Positions 23,773 through 36,401 of a stretch of 50,402 nt of DNA are shown here, piece by piece (positions within the stretch are counted from its first letter, which is position 1; each line of letters begins with the position of its first letter). This DNA is from Phoronis australis. Lineage: Eukaryota > Animalia > Phoronida. The position numbers and the translations under genes were made by a program. The notes under the pieces are model-generated. The model ran no database searches. It was not told the origin of the DNA and was given only the letters and a program-made list of their open reading frames with translations. Location of the stretch: positions 31,225 through 81,626 of the forward strand of contig NMRA01000955.1 in NCBI GenBank assembly GCA_002633005.1, in the 5' to 3' direction.

Positions 23773-24067
23773 GTAAGTTAGTTTCTGGAGGAAGATTTTG
23801 TTGTTGATATAAGAATTTCAGAGGCTAATTTTTTGCTTTCAGTTTGAAGGTATTCACTAGGTATCTATGGATTTGTGGATTGGCCAGTGGCTTGCCATCA
23901 AGATTTCATGATTAACTTGTTGGGCAAACGTGTTGTCTGTCTGCAGGAGGATACTGATGTGACTTAACTATCTAGAATTCTGTCAAGACATGTTGACAAA
24001 ATACTAGACAAAATTATATGAATTAAAACTTGAGTAGACAATAAAACAGTTGGTATTTATATACTAA

Positions 24068-25255
24068 GAGTGATTCCATATAAAAACCAACAGGTAGAGT
24101 TTATACCCAAAATCACAGATTTTTTGAAACTTAGCAGATGAGTATGGTTTGTTGAGATATAGAAAAACCTCACTTTTTAAGAAATTTCATTCATTATTTT
24201 TCTTTTTATGACCTGTAACCAGACCTTTATCCAGGATTTTGAAAATAGGGTGTCCAAAATGGGGTTCCCAATATTCCAGGGCGTCCATGATTCCGACGCG
24301 TAACCCCCCACCTCCACCAATACCCCCAAACACACAAATTTTTTACAAAAATGCATAGATCAAGGTTTTTACATCTAAGTTTATAAAACAGCCTTCTCTG
24401 GTGAGCATTTTTACTAAAAAAAACTGTGTAGACCAAGACTTTTACAATGCTGTCAATCAAGTGTCAAAATAGCAACAATGCATATACTTTGTATAATTTG
24501 TATATTTCTTCCTGCTTTGAAAAAAGCCCCCACTGTGAGTCTTCAGAGGCTTCCTAGTATTCATTGAAAGGTTCTTATTGACAGTGGGCGTCCAAATGAT
24601 GCATTGGGCGTCCTTGCCAGGGCTTCCAGATTAGTGCTAGGGCGTCCATTTGGACGCCCAGGACGTAGGCTGCATAAAGGCCTGCCTGTAACTCCATTTT
24701 GCAACAAAATTGGACGTTGAAATAGGCATGTTTGAATGCATTTTACTAAGGTCAAAACAAATAAATGATACGAATTGAAAGAGCAATGGCTGAATAATTA
24801 AATGGCATATCTTTCAAAATCCATTTTTAAATTTGTACGTTTTGAGTTTGTGAGGCAAAAATGGCTATTTTGCAGGTTTTCACTGAAGCCATTTTCGGCC
24901 AAATTTGGCACTGTAGCAGCCATAACGCACCTTTCCAGAAATTGACCTTATAATAATTTGTTCAGTCATTCCTAACCTGTTCATAATCTAAAATAAAAAA
25001 TCTTGCCTCTAAAGTAGTTCTTGCGTAAGAAGCATTACACGAAGTGCATTTCATCCTATTTGCATGTTCTCAGTTGTCTCTGCTACCAATAGGGGGCTCT
25101 TGGAACATACAATAAGCTTGCAAAACAGACATAAAAGCCTTGTATTTTGACGAAAAGGCATACAGCATTACTAATTACCATTCTCTGAAAACAACATTGA
25201 TGATTATTGCTTATTACAAAAAGTATGTACATAAATCTACTGGCATGGGTGCTTC
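24068..25255. mobile_element. Old GAG-terminal (Sola-like) element remnant hosting the hAT MITE
   Basis: Starts GAGTGATTCCATATAAAAACCA; an inverted similar end TGGTATTTATATGGACTGCCTC lies at ~31226-31247. Pairing and TSD unclear. Confidence 0.3.
24220..24684. mobile_element. hAT MITE, 465 bp
   Basis: TIR CAGACCTTTATCCAG / CTGCATAAAGGCCTG; perfect 8-bp TSD CCTGTAAC; GGGCGTCC subterminal repeats. Confidence 0.9.
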
Positions 25256-27668
25256 TAAATGACAGATGATGATGCTTTTATTTACACGGAGACTGAAGAT
25301 GCATCTAGAATAAGAACAGTAACACGAGGACCTTGCTATAATTCAAGACTTCGCGAGATGTTGCCCTGCATTTTAAATGAAAACACATAGTTTTGGTTAA
25401 ATTTTAGAGGGGTTCTAGTGTTACTGAACTCACCCCTGCCTTACTCTCGTTTTCTATCTGCCTTGTTCGAGCCACAGGCAAAGGAAGGCACCCAAGGTGG
25501 ATATGGCCCCCTGTTCAGTGCAGAAAATCCTTCAACTCATCAATAGCTATTGTAACTTTGGGTTCATGTTGTAATGTCCCTGCTGGTTGTTGCAAATTTT
25601 AGTCGCCACCAGTCGCCAGAAATCGGGTGTTCCCCCTACTCACCGGGCACCCTAACGCTGAATATTTCTGACAGTATGGTCATCAGTGGTATAAAAAGGC
25701 ACACATTCACAGTCAATAGAAAATAATTCACACGAGGCAATATTATTAATGACTCATTCATGGCAGACATGAAGTAAACAGAAGTAACGGTCTCGACTTC
25801 ATAGCAAACATACTGAGTGACTGACTCTGTGGCGTAGCAAAGGGTGATCAGTGGTTCCCAAGGTGCGCGCTATGCCACTGGACTGCCTACTGTAATTTCA
25901 CTTCAACTGCACACCCGCCGAGTACGGTAAAACTCAAATTGTGTTAAAAACAAACTACTATCATATCTCTGTTCCTCGTTGGCTCTCATAACTGCTTTTA
26001 ATTCTGTACAGCCACAATTCCACCCTCGGCTACTACGACACATTTTGCCCCTGACGTGGCCACCACAATTTCACAATAGGCCAGCACCTTTTCTGCCTCA
26101 GCCACAGAAAAACTGCTCCTCAGGCCACCATCCACTCAGCCACCACGTGTTTCTATCCTGGCCACTGCCAAATTTTGCCCTGGTTGCCACTCATCCTGCC
26201 AATCCTCAGCCACTGCCACTCACCTAATTTGCACTCGGCCGCCACAGATTTCTGCCTCCTGATGCTACCCATTTGACCCAAGTTTCAACTTACTCTCGTT
26301 TTGGCCATGAACCATTCTCTCTCTTACAACCAAAGACTAAGGCCCTGGCCACTATTCATTTGGCCCTCAGCAGTCAGTTCTTCAGCCCCTGGCCAGCATC
26401 CATACTGACTTGAACTTTTTTTAGCTACCACTCATTCTCCTTCAGATGTCACTAACTTGTTTCAATTCATCCAAACACTCATGATGTCTATATTTATTCG
26501 TGTTTCTAACAGATCACTAATTGATAAAATGATACCAATACCTAAGAATGAACACATCTTGAGATTCTTCCTAACAAAATAATCCAAATAATAGCTAAAC
26601 TTCAACTTTAGTGCACTCTCAAGCACAGCTACAGACACGTGACGACAATATAATTTATGTACTTCCACTTATAACTTTCCTGCCCATTTTGTTAAAAAAC
26701 TTTTGTAAACATATCCTTTAAGTTAATACTATATAGTTACTTGAGCTGAGTTGTAGATATTGTCCATTCCGAGTTTTGTTCTAAATTACCTCACTGATTG
26801 ATAGGAGTGAAACAAAAATCAACAATCCAAAACTGCTGCAAACCAGCTGCTGACCACCACTAACCAGTCACAATTACCACCAGTTACACAAGACAAAGAA
26901 AGCACCAATTTCAAGATCTTCCCGTATCTTTGACTGGTTGTTATGCTACAAAACTAGGCTAAACGTTGAGCTCATTTACCACTTCATTCAGTAAATCTGA
27001 CGACATAACAGCATCTTCAGCAAAAATAGAGTTGTCATCAACATTGCTGCAGGCAACCTCAAAAATCCACCAATCTGCGATTCACTTAACATCACAGGTA
27101 AACAGTTTCCTAGTGGCTTCTCGTATTGTTTTCTTCATTTTGACACTTCTGAGAGTGAACGTTTTTACCAGACTTATCTCCTTCATCAAATATGTTCGTC
27201 AGAAAGCTCTTAACCTTTACTGAAAATTTTGCTGACCTTTTACCTTTTTTCAATGCCTAACCTATTGCTTCAGCATTCGTCTCACCACACTGTACTCTGA
27301 GGCTGCCTCAAATGACGCTTTGGTTCTTGCATCTGAAAGCATTTCTGACCACTGTCGTGCAATGTGGTCATACGTGGTGTCCCTCTAAATGTTCGGTGTG
27401 GTTACCCACATCCAAATGCTGACCTAGTTCTGCGTCTGCAGCAAAAAATTTTTGAGCAATGTTGCTTGGTACAAGGGAACTTTTGTTGAGGCTCTTCACT
27501 AGATACAATGCCAACCTTAACTCTTAGTGTTAAAAATGCGCCATATCTAGAGATGTTAGTGGATTTTAGAGAAATAGGTTTCCCATTTTCTCAGTAATTG
27601 TAAGTACTTACCGTCACCTACATGGAATGATTTCCACACGCGAATTCCTTGGGTGGATTAGTGGGAAT

Positions 27669-29781
27669 TGACCTATCGCCAGGATTATGACGGACGGCTT
27701 AATTGACCAATCAGAACGCAGCATTCTAAGCACACCTTCGTCTGTGTTTCCAAGCCGCCATTATACCCGACAAACCACACATAGTCGAGTAAAACGTACT
27801 TTAGTCTTTAGCTCAAGAAATTGTCCGCTAAGAATGGGGAAACGGTGTTGATATGACGTGTGTAGTACCGAAAGCCGTTATGCTGCTCCAGAATAATATC
27901 CCGTCATTTTTTGGCATGTCCTAAGCCCAAAAATGATGTTGAAAAGCGTAAACTATGGAACAAACTGTACGGCCACACGAGCAGCTACACTTAGCGATGT
28001 TGCTTGATAACTCGAAGGCTGTTATAAACACAAATATATTAGTTCCAAGATACGCACTTTTCAGCTTGGTGGCTATGGTGAAGGCTTATCTCTGACTGTG
28101 ACTCCCGAGTTTCCTACGTCTTGCTGCCTGCTGGATCTCAGCACTCTACTGAGCGGTATAGTCCCCAAAAACATTTTTATTTTATGTTTTTTTATTTATT
28201 TCAACCTAACAGAGGCACATTTTTGTTATTCATAAACCCGTAGGCTGGCGTTCAACTGAACTTCTCTCAAGGTCAAAATTCATAGTGTCCATCGGCACAG
28301 GGAGGGCAACAGGATTACTGCCGGTAACTCGAACCTTGGTCGAGCTGTTGTATCTAAAAATAAACTGTTGAATTACTTTTTGACGTATACCTCTAGTATA
28401 CACTATGTCTGTAGAGTTAGACAGAGCTCATTTTGAAGTTGTTCAAACATGATATGTAGATTTATGAAGCTTTATAAAAGAATTTAAGTTATTTTTGTAA
28501 ATACCCTATTTTTGCAACGACCACACCAGACTTGTAATCTTTTGTAACCATACCACGACTTAGTGATCATGCTACCTTCAAAATTAAATGAAATCTACCT
28601 TCATGGAATGAAACTACAAAAAAGTTCGTAAGAAGGTAGGCCTAATTTAAATGTCTTAATGGTGCAAACGGTCAATTCCATAGGCGGATTTAGGGGGGGG
28701 CAGGGGCGCCAGCCCGGGGCGGGGGGCAGGGGCGCCAGCCCCCCTTCCGCAAGCAAAATGAAACAGCAAGAGCGTGAAGCGTGAGGAAATATTGAGTTCA
28801 GTAACTAGGACCGGTAGCGGAAGAGGGGGCTCAGACCCCAGATCGCGGCGGAATCATGTTCCTGTTTTTTCTAGTCCACCGATAGATTTTCTGAACAGAA
28901 GGTCCAAAGGTCTGCATCCCCGGCCAGTGCAACTTTCGGGCCGCCTGTGTACATACAATTGCACTTTGCCCAATTCCACGAGGCAACATGTTGGACCCCC
29001 CTTGTGGTATCCTAGGCGCCACTGAGTTCCAGACATTAACTTGACTTAGACACAGCCTTTGACCTACCCAGCCAGAGCAAACTGTTTGGATGAGATTAAT
29101 GTGTGCATGAGCTATGAGCCTGAATTTTTTTATCAAAATATTTCGTTGCAAGATTAGAAAAGCGTAAACAGTGCTGTCGAGTCGACCTAGTCAGAGACTA
29201 TAGTTCATATGTTGTCTGTAATCCTGTAATCTATGACCCACTTTAGTCCAGGAGTCCCACCAGTTGTGACCTACTTTTTATTTGGCGAAATTTAGCAGAC
29301 GACAGAATAAAAATATCGATGAATCTTCACTGATTTTATTCTAAAGATCATGAAATCTATGGAATCGTACAGATAATTCGACTTTAAGGTACATACCCAG
29401 CTTTACATGAACATATCGTATCAGTGGCCTTGTCATTTGTCAGGTGAAGGTGGCCCCGAGGCCGAGAAGTTCCGGCTTCGGATTTTCGCTGGCTCCTCGA
29501 GCACTTATTTTTTCATCGCCATCTTTACAAATTCCCATATCATGAACGTACGATTCTCTGTTGAAAAGCATCGCCTCTTGTCTCTGTCGAAGCGTTTTCA
29601 AATAGTACAAAAACACTCATCGGCCTCTTGTCTCTGTCGAAGCGTTTTCAAATAGTACAAAAACACTCATCGATTCCCACCACGAACGTCGTTTAGCGAC
29701 AGTGTATTTGCCTCTGACATCTCGTTCGAATGTCGGGTATCACGTGACTTTTCGCATAGGGGCGGAGCTTGCGATAGGTCA
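27669..29781 (+). mobile_element. ISL2EU-like family B copy 3
   Basis: Colinear with copy 1; same termini; private 50-bp tandem duplication 29573-29672. Confidence 0.85.
28679..29024. mobile_element. Same MITE nested in B copy 3
   Basis: CATAGGCGGAT...CGCCACTG with AATTC/AGTTC flanks at the homologous site. Confidence 0.8.
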
Positions 29782-31380
29782 ATTTGGGAATGTGCTTATA
29801 CCAGGAACTGAGTATTTTGGAAAAGACTTTGTTGCTTTGACTGAACATGCATACACATAACATCCCTTCACACGGCCACTGGAAAGTAATGCTTCTTTCA
29901 AATCCAGAAAATTGTTACCTTCGACTACAAAGTACTTCGCATGTTGTTTGAGTGAAGCAATCTTGCGATCACAGAGATCCTTTCCATTCTAGCTTTCACT
30001 AAAGTCATATCTCAGAACAGAAATGCCTGTAGAATGTGACAAGGCTGCTACGTTCAGGAGGGAAGGATCAGAGTGGTAAAATCCAGCATAACCTGACTCT
30101 TTCATCACTGGTCCTGTTCAGTCAGAAATTCACCGACTCTGGGTTGTATGAGTCTTTACTCTGGCACAGGCATTGTTTTGTGAGCTACTTTCCTGTATCT
30201 CAAATGTTCTTTGGTGTCTTTGACATGACACAATAAAGCACAAAGCTTTAATTTGTGATCGCATTTTTTGCAGAATAAACTAGAGGAACATGAAGGGCCA
30301 TCGACATCGTCCGCCATTCTGTCTTTTTAAATTGCACTTGTTACTCTCAAAACCAGTCATTACAAATACCTTCTTACTCATTTAAACTTAAAGACATTTA
30401 TTTCCATTTTAAAGTCATACAGAGTGTTTAAATTAACCTGATAATGTAAAAGAAATGAAAGAAAATAAGAGGGTTTCATGTACATTTTTATATATTATCC
30501 TCAAGCTTAACCTCAACTGACTCCCTCAGTGGTCAAAGGTCATCGGGTTCAGTTTTGATATTAGCCACGTAATAAACCCAGAAAACATTTTGTTTTCATT
30601 TGAAAGAGTTTAGACTTGGTTTCTATAACTACTTAAAGCAGACTTCTTGCTCAAAAGTTAAAGTTCAAATGGTCTGTAAACTCTGCTCGTCATTTCCAAA
30701 CCATGAAAATAGACAGTTTTGCAAGACAATTTTCACTTAAGTGTGAAGTTGAGGCAAGATTTTTTATTGCTCAGTCATCAAGACTAACTCTTTTAACTGT
30801 ATGTTCGAAATGTCAAATAAGGCTACAAGGTGTTCTATGCCAGTAAGAAGGTCACAAAAACGGCCACTAAAATTAGCCCCAAGTAGTGGTCTGTGGATTA
30901 TATCCTCTGTCTGGCACAAAACTGTCAGATTTTAATTAAAAAATGGCATAGAATTATGCAAAGTATGTGTTGGTTATTTCAGCCACCAAAATATAGCTTT
31001 TGATCTATTTTTATGTTACTCATTTTTGTTGCTGAAAACATACGATTTTTGAGACGACTAGTACTCCCAATTGTGCCAATTTGTTTTCTCATGCTCCAGC
31101 GGCGAAAATAGGGGTCATCGAGTGCACAAAAATTGGCATTTGGGTTTTTGTTAGGGTACCTACCCATGTATAAAAAATGAAGTTGTTTTGAATTTTGACA
31201 TATAGACTGAGTTTTGAAAATCTACTGGTATTTATATGGACTGCCTCTTTAATGCTTGACCCGTATTGGACAGTAATCTGTTTTGGGAAGCTAAAATAAG
31301 TATAATGATTAATAAAGATAGATGGTAGATTGAAGTGGATAATGCTTTTAATTTAACATTTACACAGCAATGCCTTCACT

Positions 31381-34091
31381 CAATGGGGCTATTCGAAGAA
31401 TTCTCTTCACGGTGTTGCTGCTGTACTAGTGGTGATTGAATTGCGCATACGTCGCTGTCTGCATGTAAACAGCTGGTAAAAAGACGGATTGTTGTCGAAA
31501 TACGTCGTCACACAAAGCCTTATTATTGCTATTTTCTCTGGTGCAAGTCTTCGACAGGTGGTCACAAATTACCAAAAGACCTAAGATTACTACATTCGTG
31601 AAGCACTGCGGTCAAAAGGGTAAACCAATGGACAAAAACTGTGTGGATGCCGAAGCCCCTTTGGGAGACTACATAACATAACTTTGTAAGAGTTTAGCAA
31701 TCAAGTTTCTATCGACATCGTTCAGTGATGGGAATGCGCCCAATATAACAGGTGCATGGTACGTGATGCTCAGAAGTCAAATATGACTTTCACAGCAGGT
31801 TCTCTTCAAAGCTGTGCTATGTCCAATAAAATTCTCTAGACTAGTGAGTTTCCTTATTTTATGGCGGACTCCATCCCCAGGACTACCAGATTAGTTACTG
31901 AGTTAACCAATGAATAAGCTATTCAGTAAACGTCATAACATTGCGTTAGAATAAAAATTAACACCTAGAATGAATTTTACCATGACTTGTTGTGGTCAGA
32001 TGCACATTATTAAATCACTTTTAGCCTGTTTCACATAGTTAAATTCAGATCTTAAATAAGACTTGGGTACAAAGATTATTAGTTTCTACACATAAACATG
32101 AAGATGAAACGTCAAGTATGTTCTGCCTTACTAAAGTAGTTTTGTCTTGTGTTTTCTTTTATAATTTGTTAATATTTCTCCTGCTATTCTGTTACAGGTG
32201 AGAGAAAACGACTGAAACCAGCCGCCTGACCGTCTATTTTACCTTTGGACAAAGTGAAAAGCAATCCTTCAACGTTAACCTGAGAGAATCGAACAAAATT
32301 CAGAAATTCAGCCCTTGATATGCCTGACTTTGGACTCCATTGCTAGGGAAAATTACAATTGTTTTTAACAATGTTGTTTCTTTATATACTTTTCTTGCAT
32401 GTGGAACTTTTGTTATGTACAAGTTAACACAAAACTTAAAATTGTTCAAAGGCCTTCTTAAGAAAGCTCTAAAAATAATTACACACACAAACAAATCAAA
32501 TGCAAACAAAGGGAATACTTCATTTTGATCGCTGCACATTTCTAGAGGTCAACACTGAGGAAAACGACAATTCGCAAGCGTAATCACTAGTCATTTCAGC
32601 TTGATGAAGAATAGGCACAATTGCACTGTGTGGGACTTTAAAACTGAGGAAATATTGTGGTTTCAATAATTAGTGACAATCTTGCCTGTTGATGAAAATG
32701 TTATTCATCATCAAAGTGTAACATTAACGGGCTTCCTACTGACAATAAGACAATCGATGCAGTCGCTGAATGTCATTTCCCCATAATGTGTACGAAATTG
32801 AAAAGTTTTTACCATTAGCATTAAGTCTTTCTTCTGAAAGGAAAAGTTAATGTCACTCAGTGAGAAAGGACAGGTATTTATACAAGGTGGTTTTGGTTTT
32901 CATTTCACAGAGATCTAATTTCAATAGCCTATAGAAGCGCTTGTAAAAAAGGTCCAGTTTCGGCACGTAGCTTTCCTCCAGGTAACCTCATTCAGCCTCA
33001 ATTAGATCCTTGAAGGTAAACACAAAAGCATATCACTTGACTCATTTTGTGCCCAAAATCTGACCCTGAACTAGACCAGAGTGTCACTACGTCTTCTTTA
33101 GCTTCAATCCAGCATGTTTCTTCCAGGAAAAGAAATAAGCTATTGTCCACACATGACTTATTGCCTATGAAAGGCCATCCTCACCAATGAGGTTGACTTG
33201 TGTAGCAGTCAAATATAGTTCCTCTCCATACACAAACGACACGTTGTCTTATGGTAACTTCGTACTGCGATTCACATATACCAGGGTCACTGACATGTAC
33301 ATTGTGCCATGCAGCACTAATGGTGTGTGGAAATGCTGTGGGCCCGAGTAACAAAGCTTGTTCGTTGTCTCTGATGAAGAAAGTAGGCTTTAACAACAGA
33401 TCTACACTGGATGGGAGTATCTTGTTGGTGAGCTGCAGTCAACTGCTAAAAACCAATTTTTGTCCATTCAGGGTCAATGCAGAAGCGATGCATATCTCCT
33501 CTGCTCGGTAGAAGCCCTCAAACCTAAAACTTAAAGGTCACTTGAAAACAGACATGATTTTCATTTCAACGTGTAATAAATTTCCGGAAGACACAGGATA
33601 GGGAGTAAACAGTCTAATGTATATTTACGTACCCTTTGTCATGGCATTGGGCTTCGATTGTAATCTCACTAACCAATATCGAGTTAAACATTCAGCATTC
33701 ATTGATGTAACTGTCACTGATAATCCTGTAATAATACTGCTTTGATGTACGAAAACATCCCGAGTCAAGTATCGTAACACGCATCACAACAAAGATTTAC
33801 CCGACAGGCGACTGCCGTGAAGTAGACATCGGCGAGAATCTCAGATAACAGGTATCAGTAGAATAAACATGGAATAATTGTTAAAATAATCACAAACCTT
33901 ACCTTTGTATAAGGTCGTGCTTACTTTCTCTCATAGAAGCACCGTTTTCACGCAATCTCAGATTCAGTTGGCACGCCTACAAGCCATTTCACCATGTATT
34001 TAAAGGACTCGCGAAATCGAGGCTGTTAATCTATCATCACTAGTACACCCGCGCCCTCTAGTTAATGTAAATTTTCCGAATAGCCCCATTG
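31381..34091 (+). mobile_element. Intact 2711-bp DNA transposon, family A, 3-bp TSD
   Basis: TIR CAATGGGGCTATTCGAAGAATT / AATTTTCCGAATAGCCCCATTG (22 bp, 2 mismatches); ACT on both sides; no intact ORF. Confidence 0.9.
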
Positions 34092-34248
34092 ACTGCCAGG
34101 TCAACTGGCTAAAGCATCTGATTGGTCTGTTACCTGGAAATTTCCTTAAGATATAATCAGATGTCTTTGCGGATTGACCCGGCAGAGCCAGCGAAGTCAG
34201 TCAAGTGCAGGCAATGTCTTTGTAGCTGATGTATTGGTTGTAGATGAA

Positions 34249-34320
34249 TGTCTTTGTGTTTCCTCGCAGAACCTTTTGTGACAGTGTCTTTGTGTTTCCT
34301 CGCAGAACCTTTTGTGACAG
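34249..34320 (+). repeat. Perfect 2 x 36-bp tandem duplication across the intron 4 / exon 5 junction
   Basis: TGTCTTTGTGTTTCCTCGCAGAACCTTTTGTGACAG at 34249-34284 and 34285-34320. Confidence 0.97.
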
Positions 34321-34435
34321 CATCTGTGGGAAGCTTGCTGACAAGATAAAGGGCCTGGAGACACCCGTTGAGACCAAGTTGAAACTCATTGAAATCTTTC
34401 AACACATGCATCATGATATTCAAACTGCTTCAAAG
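34306..34435 (+). CDS. INTS7: INTS7 exon 5 (alternative in-frame acceptor gives start 34270)
   Basis: TFCDSICGKLADKIKGLETPVETKLKLIEIFQHMHHDIQTASK, QHMHHD motif; donor AAG|GTGAC. The acceptor is tandemly duplicated (36 bp). Confidence 0.92.
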
Positions 34436-34841
34436 GTGACTGCTTCACTTGCCCTTCATTAGTTAATGTGTGTGTTGATAGATAGGCTCCATTAGTCAAA
34501 CTTAGTCGTAAAATGTTTTGACTGAAGGAATCGAAGGAAGACAAGTGTAAAATACTAACAGACTTGAAGTAGCCTGTCTTACTGTTGCATTGCTCAAGAC
34601 CTCTTATTCAGTGTCCATGTCTTGCTTTATGGTAATCATCTGCATCGTGGCAACACCAACATAGAAGAACTCAAATTCTACAATACATCTTTCATGTGTT
34701 GTACCTGCTTCTCTAGGTTAATGTCCTCTGCCTACAGGTCCTGCCCGTCTGCACGTTATGGTCATTCTGTTCACACTGACATATCAGAGACTCTTCAACT
34801 TACATCGCAATACTTAGTTCATCTTCTGATTTATCTTCCAG

Positions 34842-35081
34842 ATAAAAAAGCTCTGCCTACAACTCCTGCCTGACTACCCTGCGAAAGACTTTGTCATCAC
34901 TACTCTGCACACACTGACCAAACTGGCCAGACACACTCTAGTAGACATCACTGACCAAACTCAGCGCTTACTGCGATACCTATCTGAAGACCTGAGGATG
35001 TGTGTTAAAATGGCAGCGTTGAAAGATCTTAACAGCCTGGCTAAGGCTGGCCCACACATGTGGAAACAGGAAGATGTGAAA
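34842..35081 (+). CDS. INTS7: INTS7 exon 6
   Basis: TTCCAG acceptor; IKKLCLQLLPDYPAKDFVITTLHTLTKLARHTLVDITDQ...LKDLNSLAKAGPHMWKQEDVK; GTAGG donor; 240 nt. Confidence 0.92.
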
Positions 35082-36141
35082 GTAGGTTGTTTGTTGGGTA
35101 TCTATTGATTGATGATGGCCTCAGTTGTTAGCTGCTTACCCTGGAATTGTTCTTACTAAGTTCATAAGTCTTGCTTTGTTATATGAATTCCTACTTGTAT
35201 CCGATGTGAAACATTTTTGTTTGAAAATTGTTCATAGTTATATGTGATCAATCCTATTCAAATGATTGAATTTTTAGTCAAAGAATCGCATCAGAAAATT
35301 ACGGAGAATCATCAGTTGCAAGTCTCTATCTTGGTAACACAGACCTTAGTTACTAGGAGGCATCAGCAACTATATCGTAATGGAGTGTATCCGTAGGACA
35401 TGGCTTTACATTCTACCATTAGTCTATTTTCAGGCTTGAGTTCTGTTTTTTTTTCTCAACTGTTACCAGAATTAAAGTGATCTTATCAGCTAGAAAAGCC
35501 ATTTTCTTTGTTAAGCCTCAACCCGGAGTCGATTCTGGAACCCCCTGCTCTACTACACGTAGTAGAGCTAAATCCCACTCGATAAATGACAAAACATTTT
35601 TAATAGGTGTATTGATTTCAGAGAATTCTGGTAGACAAGGACAAAAACTGGCAATTTGTAAAAAAAATCGCAAAAACACAGTGGATTTTATTGCTTTATA
35701 GGTCTAGTCAAAGGTAACAACTTCAAGATAAGTTTTTCCCATCCAACAGTAATCATACAATGTTGTTTTTTGTTCTTAAAACTGACTGTGTTAGTTTAAC
35801 TAAATAGAATTCTCTGACATACCATGTTTACAATAGTGAAAGAATATAAGATTTAGGAGCCCAGCTGCTTGCAGTTTGTGATAAATATTCTCTGATCATG
35901 AAACGTGTTGTTTGATGCCTAAAGATGTCACTTTCTTATGGAACCTTTGTGAAAAACTTAAAAATGTTATAAAGATTGTGAACCAGTTACGTTACAACAA
36001 GGAGATGTTAAAATTAGTTTAGCTAAATAGTTTGGATTTACAAATTCAGTAATAACTCCAAACAGGAGATAATACTATTACAAAAATTCCCTTTAATCTG
36101 AGTTTGTTTAATGAAATGAAAGCATTCAAAACTTGTTACAG

Positions 36142-36253
36142 ACAGTGCTGGACATGTGCTTTACCACAGAGAGCACAAAACTGAAGAGGGCGTGTTTGGA
36201 AGTTCTCACCAACTTGTCATCTGGTGCTGTCATGTCTTTTACCAGTCTACATG
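36142..36253 (+). CDS. INTS7: INTS7 exon 7
   Basis: TTACAG acceptor; TVLDMCFTTESTKLKRACLEVLTNLSSGAVMSFTSLH+G|GTAAAT; phase 0 to 1 fits neighbours. Confidence 0.85.
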
Positions 36254-36401
36254 GTAAATGGTTGTTCAACTGTCATTCTGTGTTAAGGTTATGTACTAGG
36301 AGCTTATCCACGATTGAGTGTAATTAGCCAACTATCCCATAGATTTTAGTTCAGTAAAAGTTATTTTCTTAAAGTAGAAACACAGTAGATTTTGTACTTA
36401 A

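Noticed and set aside
26460-27530. Coding-like minus-strand stretch (possible old TE ORF)
   Set aside because: Multiple stops and no motif I can name.
27662-29788. 4-bp TGGG TSD for family B copy 3
   Set aside because: Copies 1 and 2 have no 4-bp duplication; AT within an AATT target explains all three.
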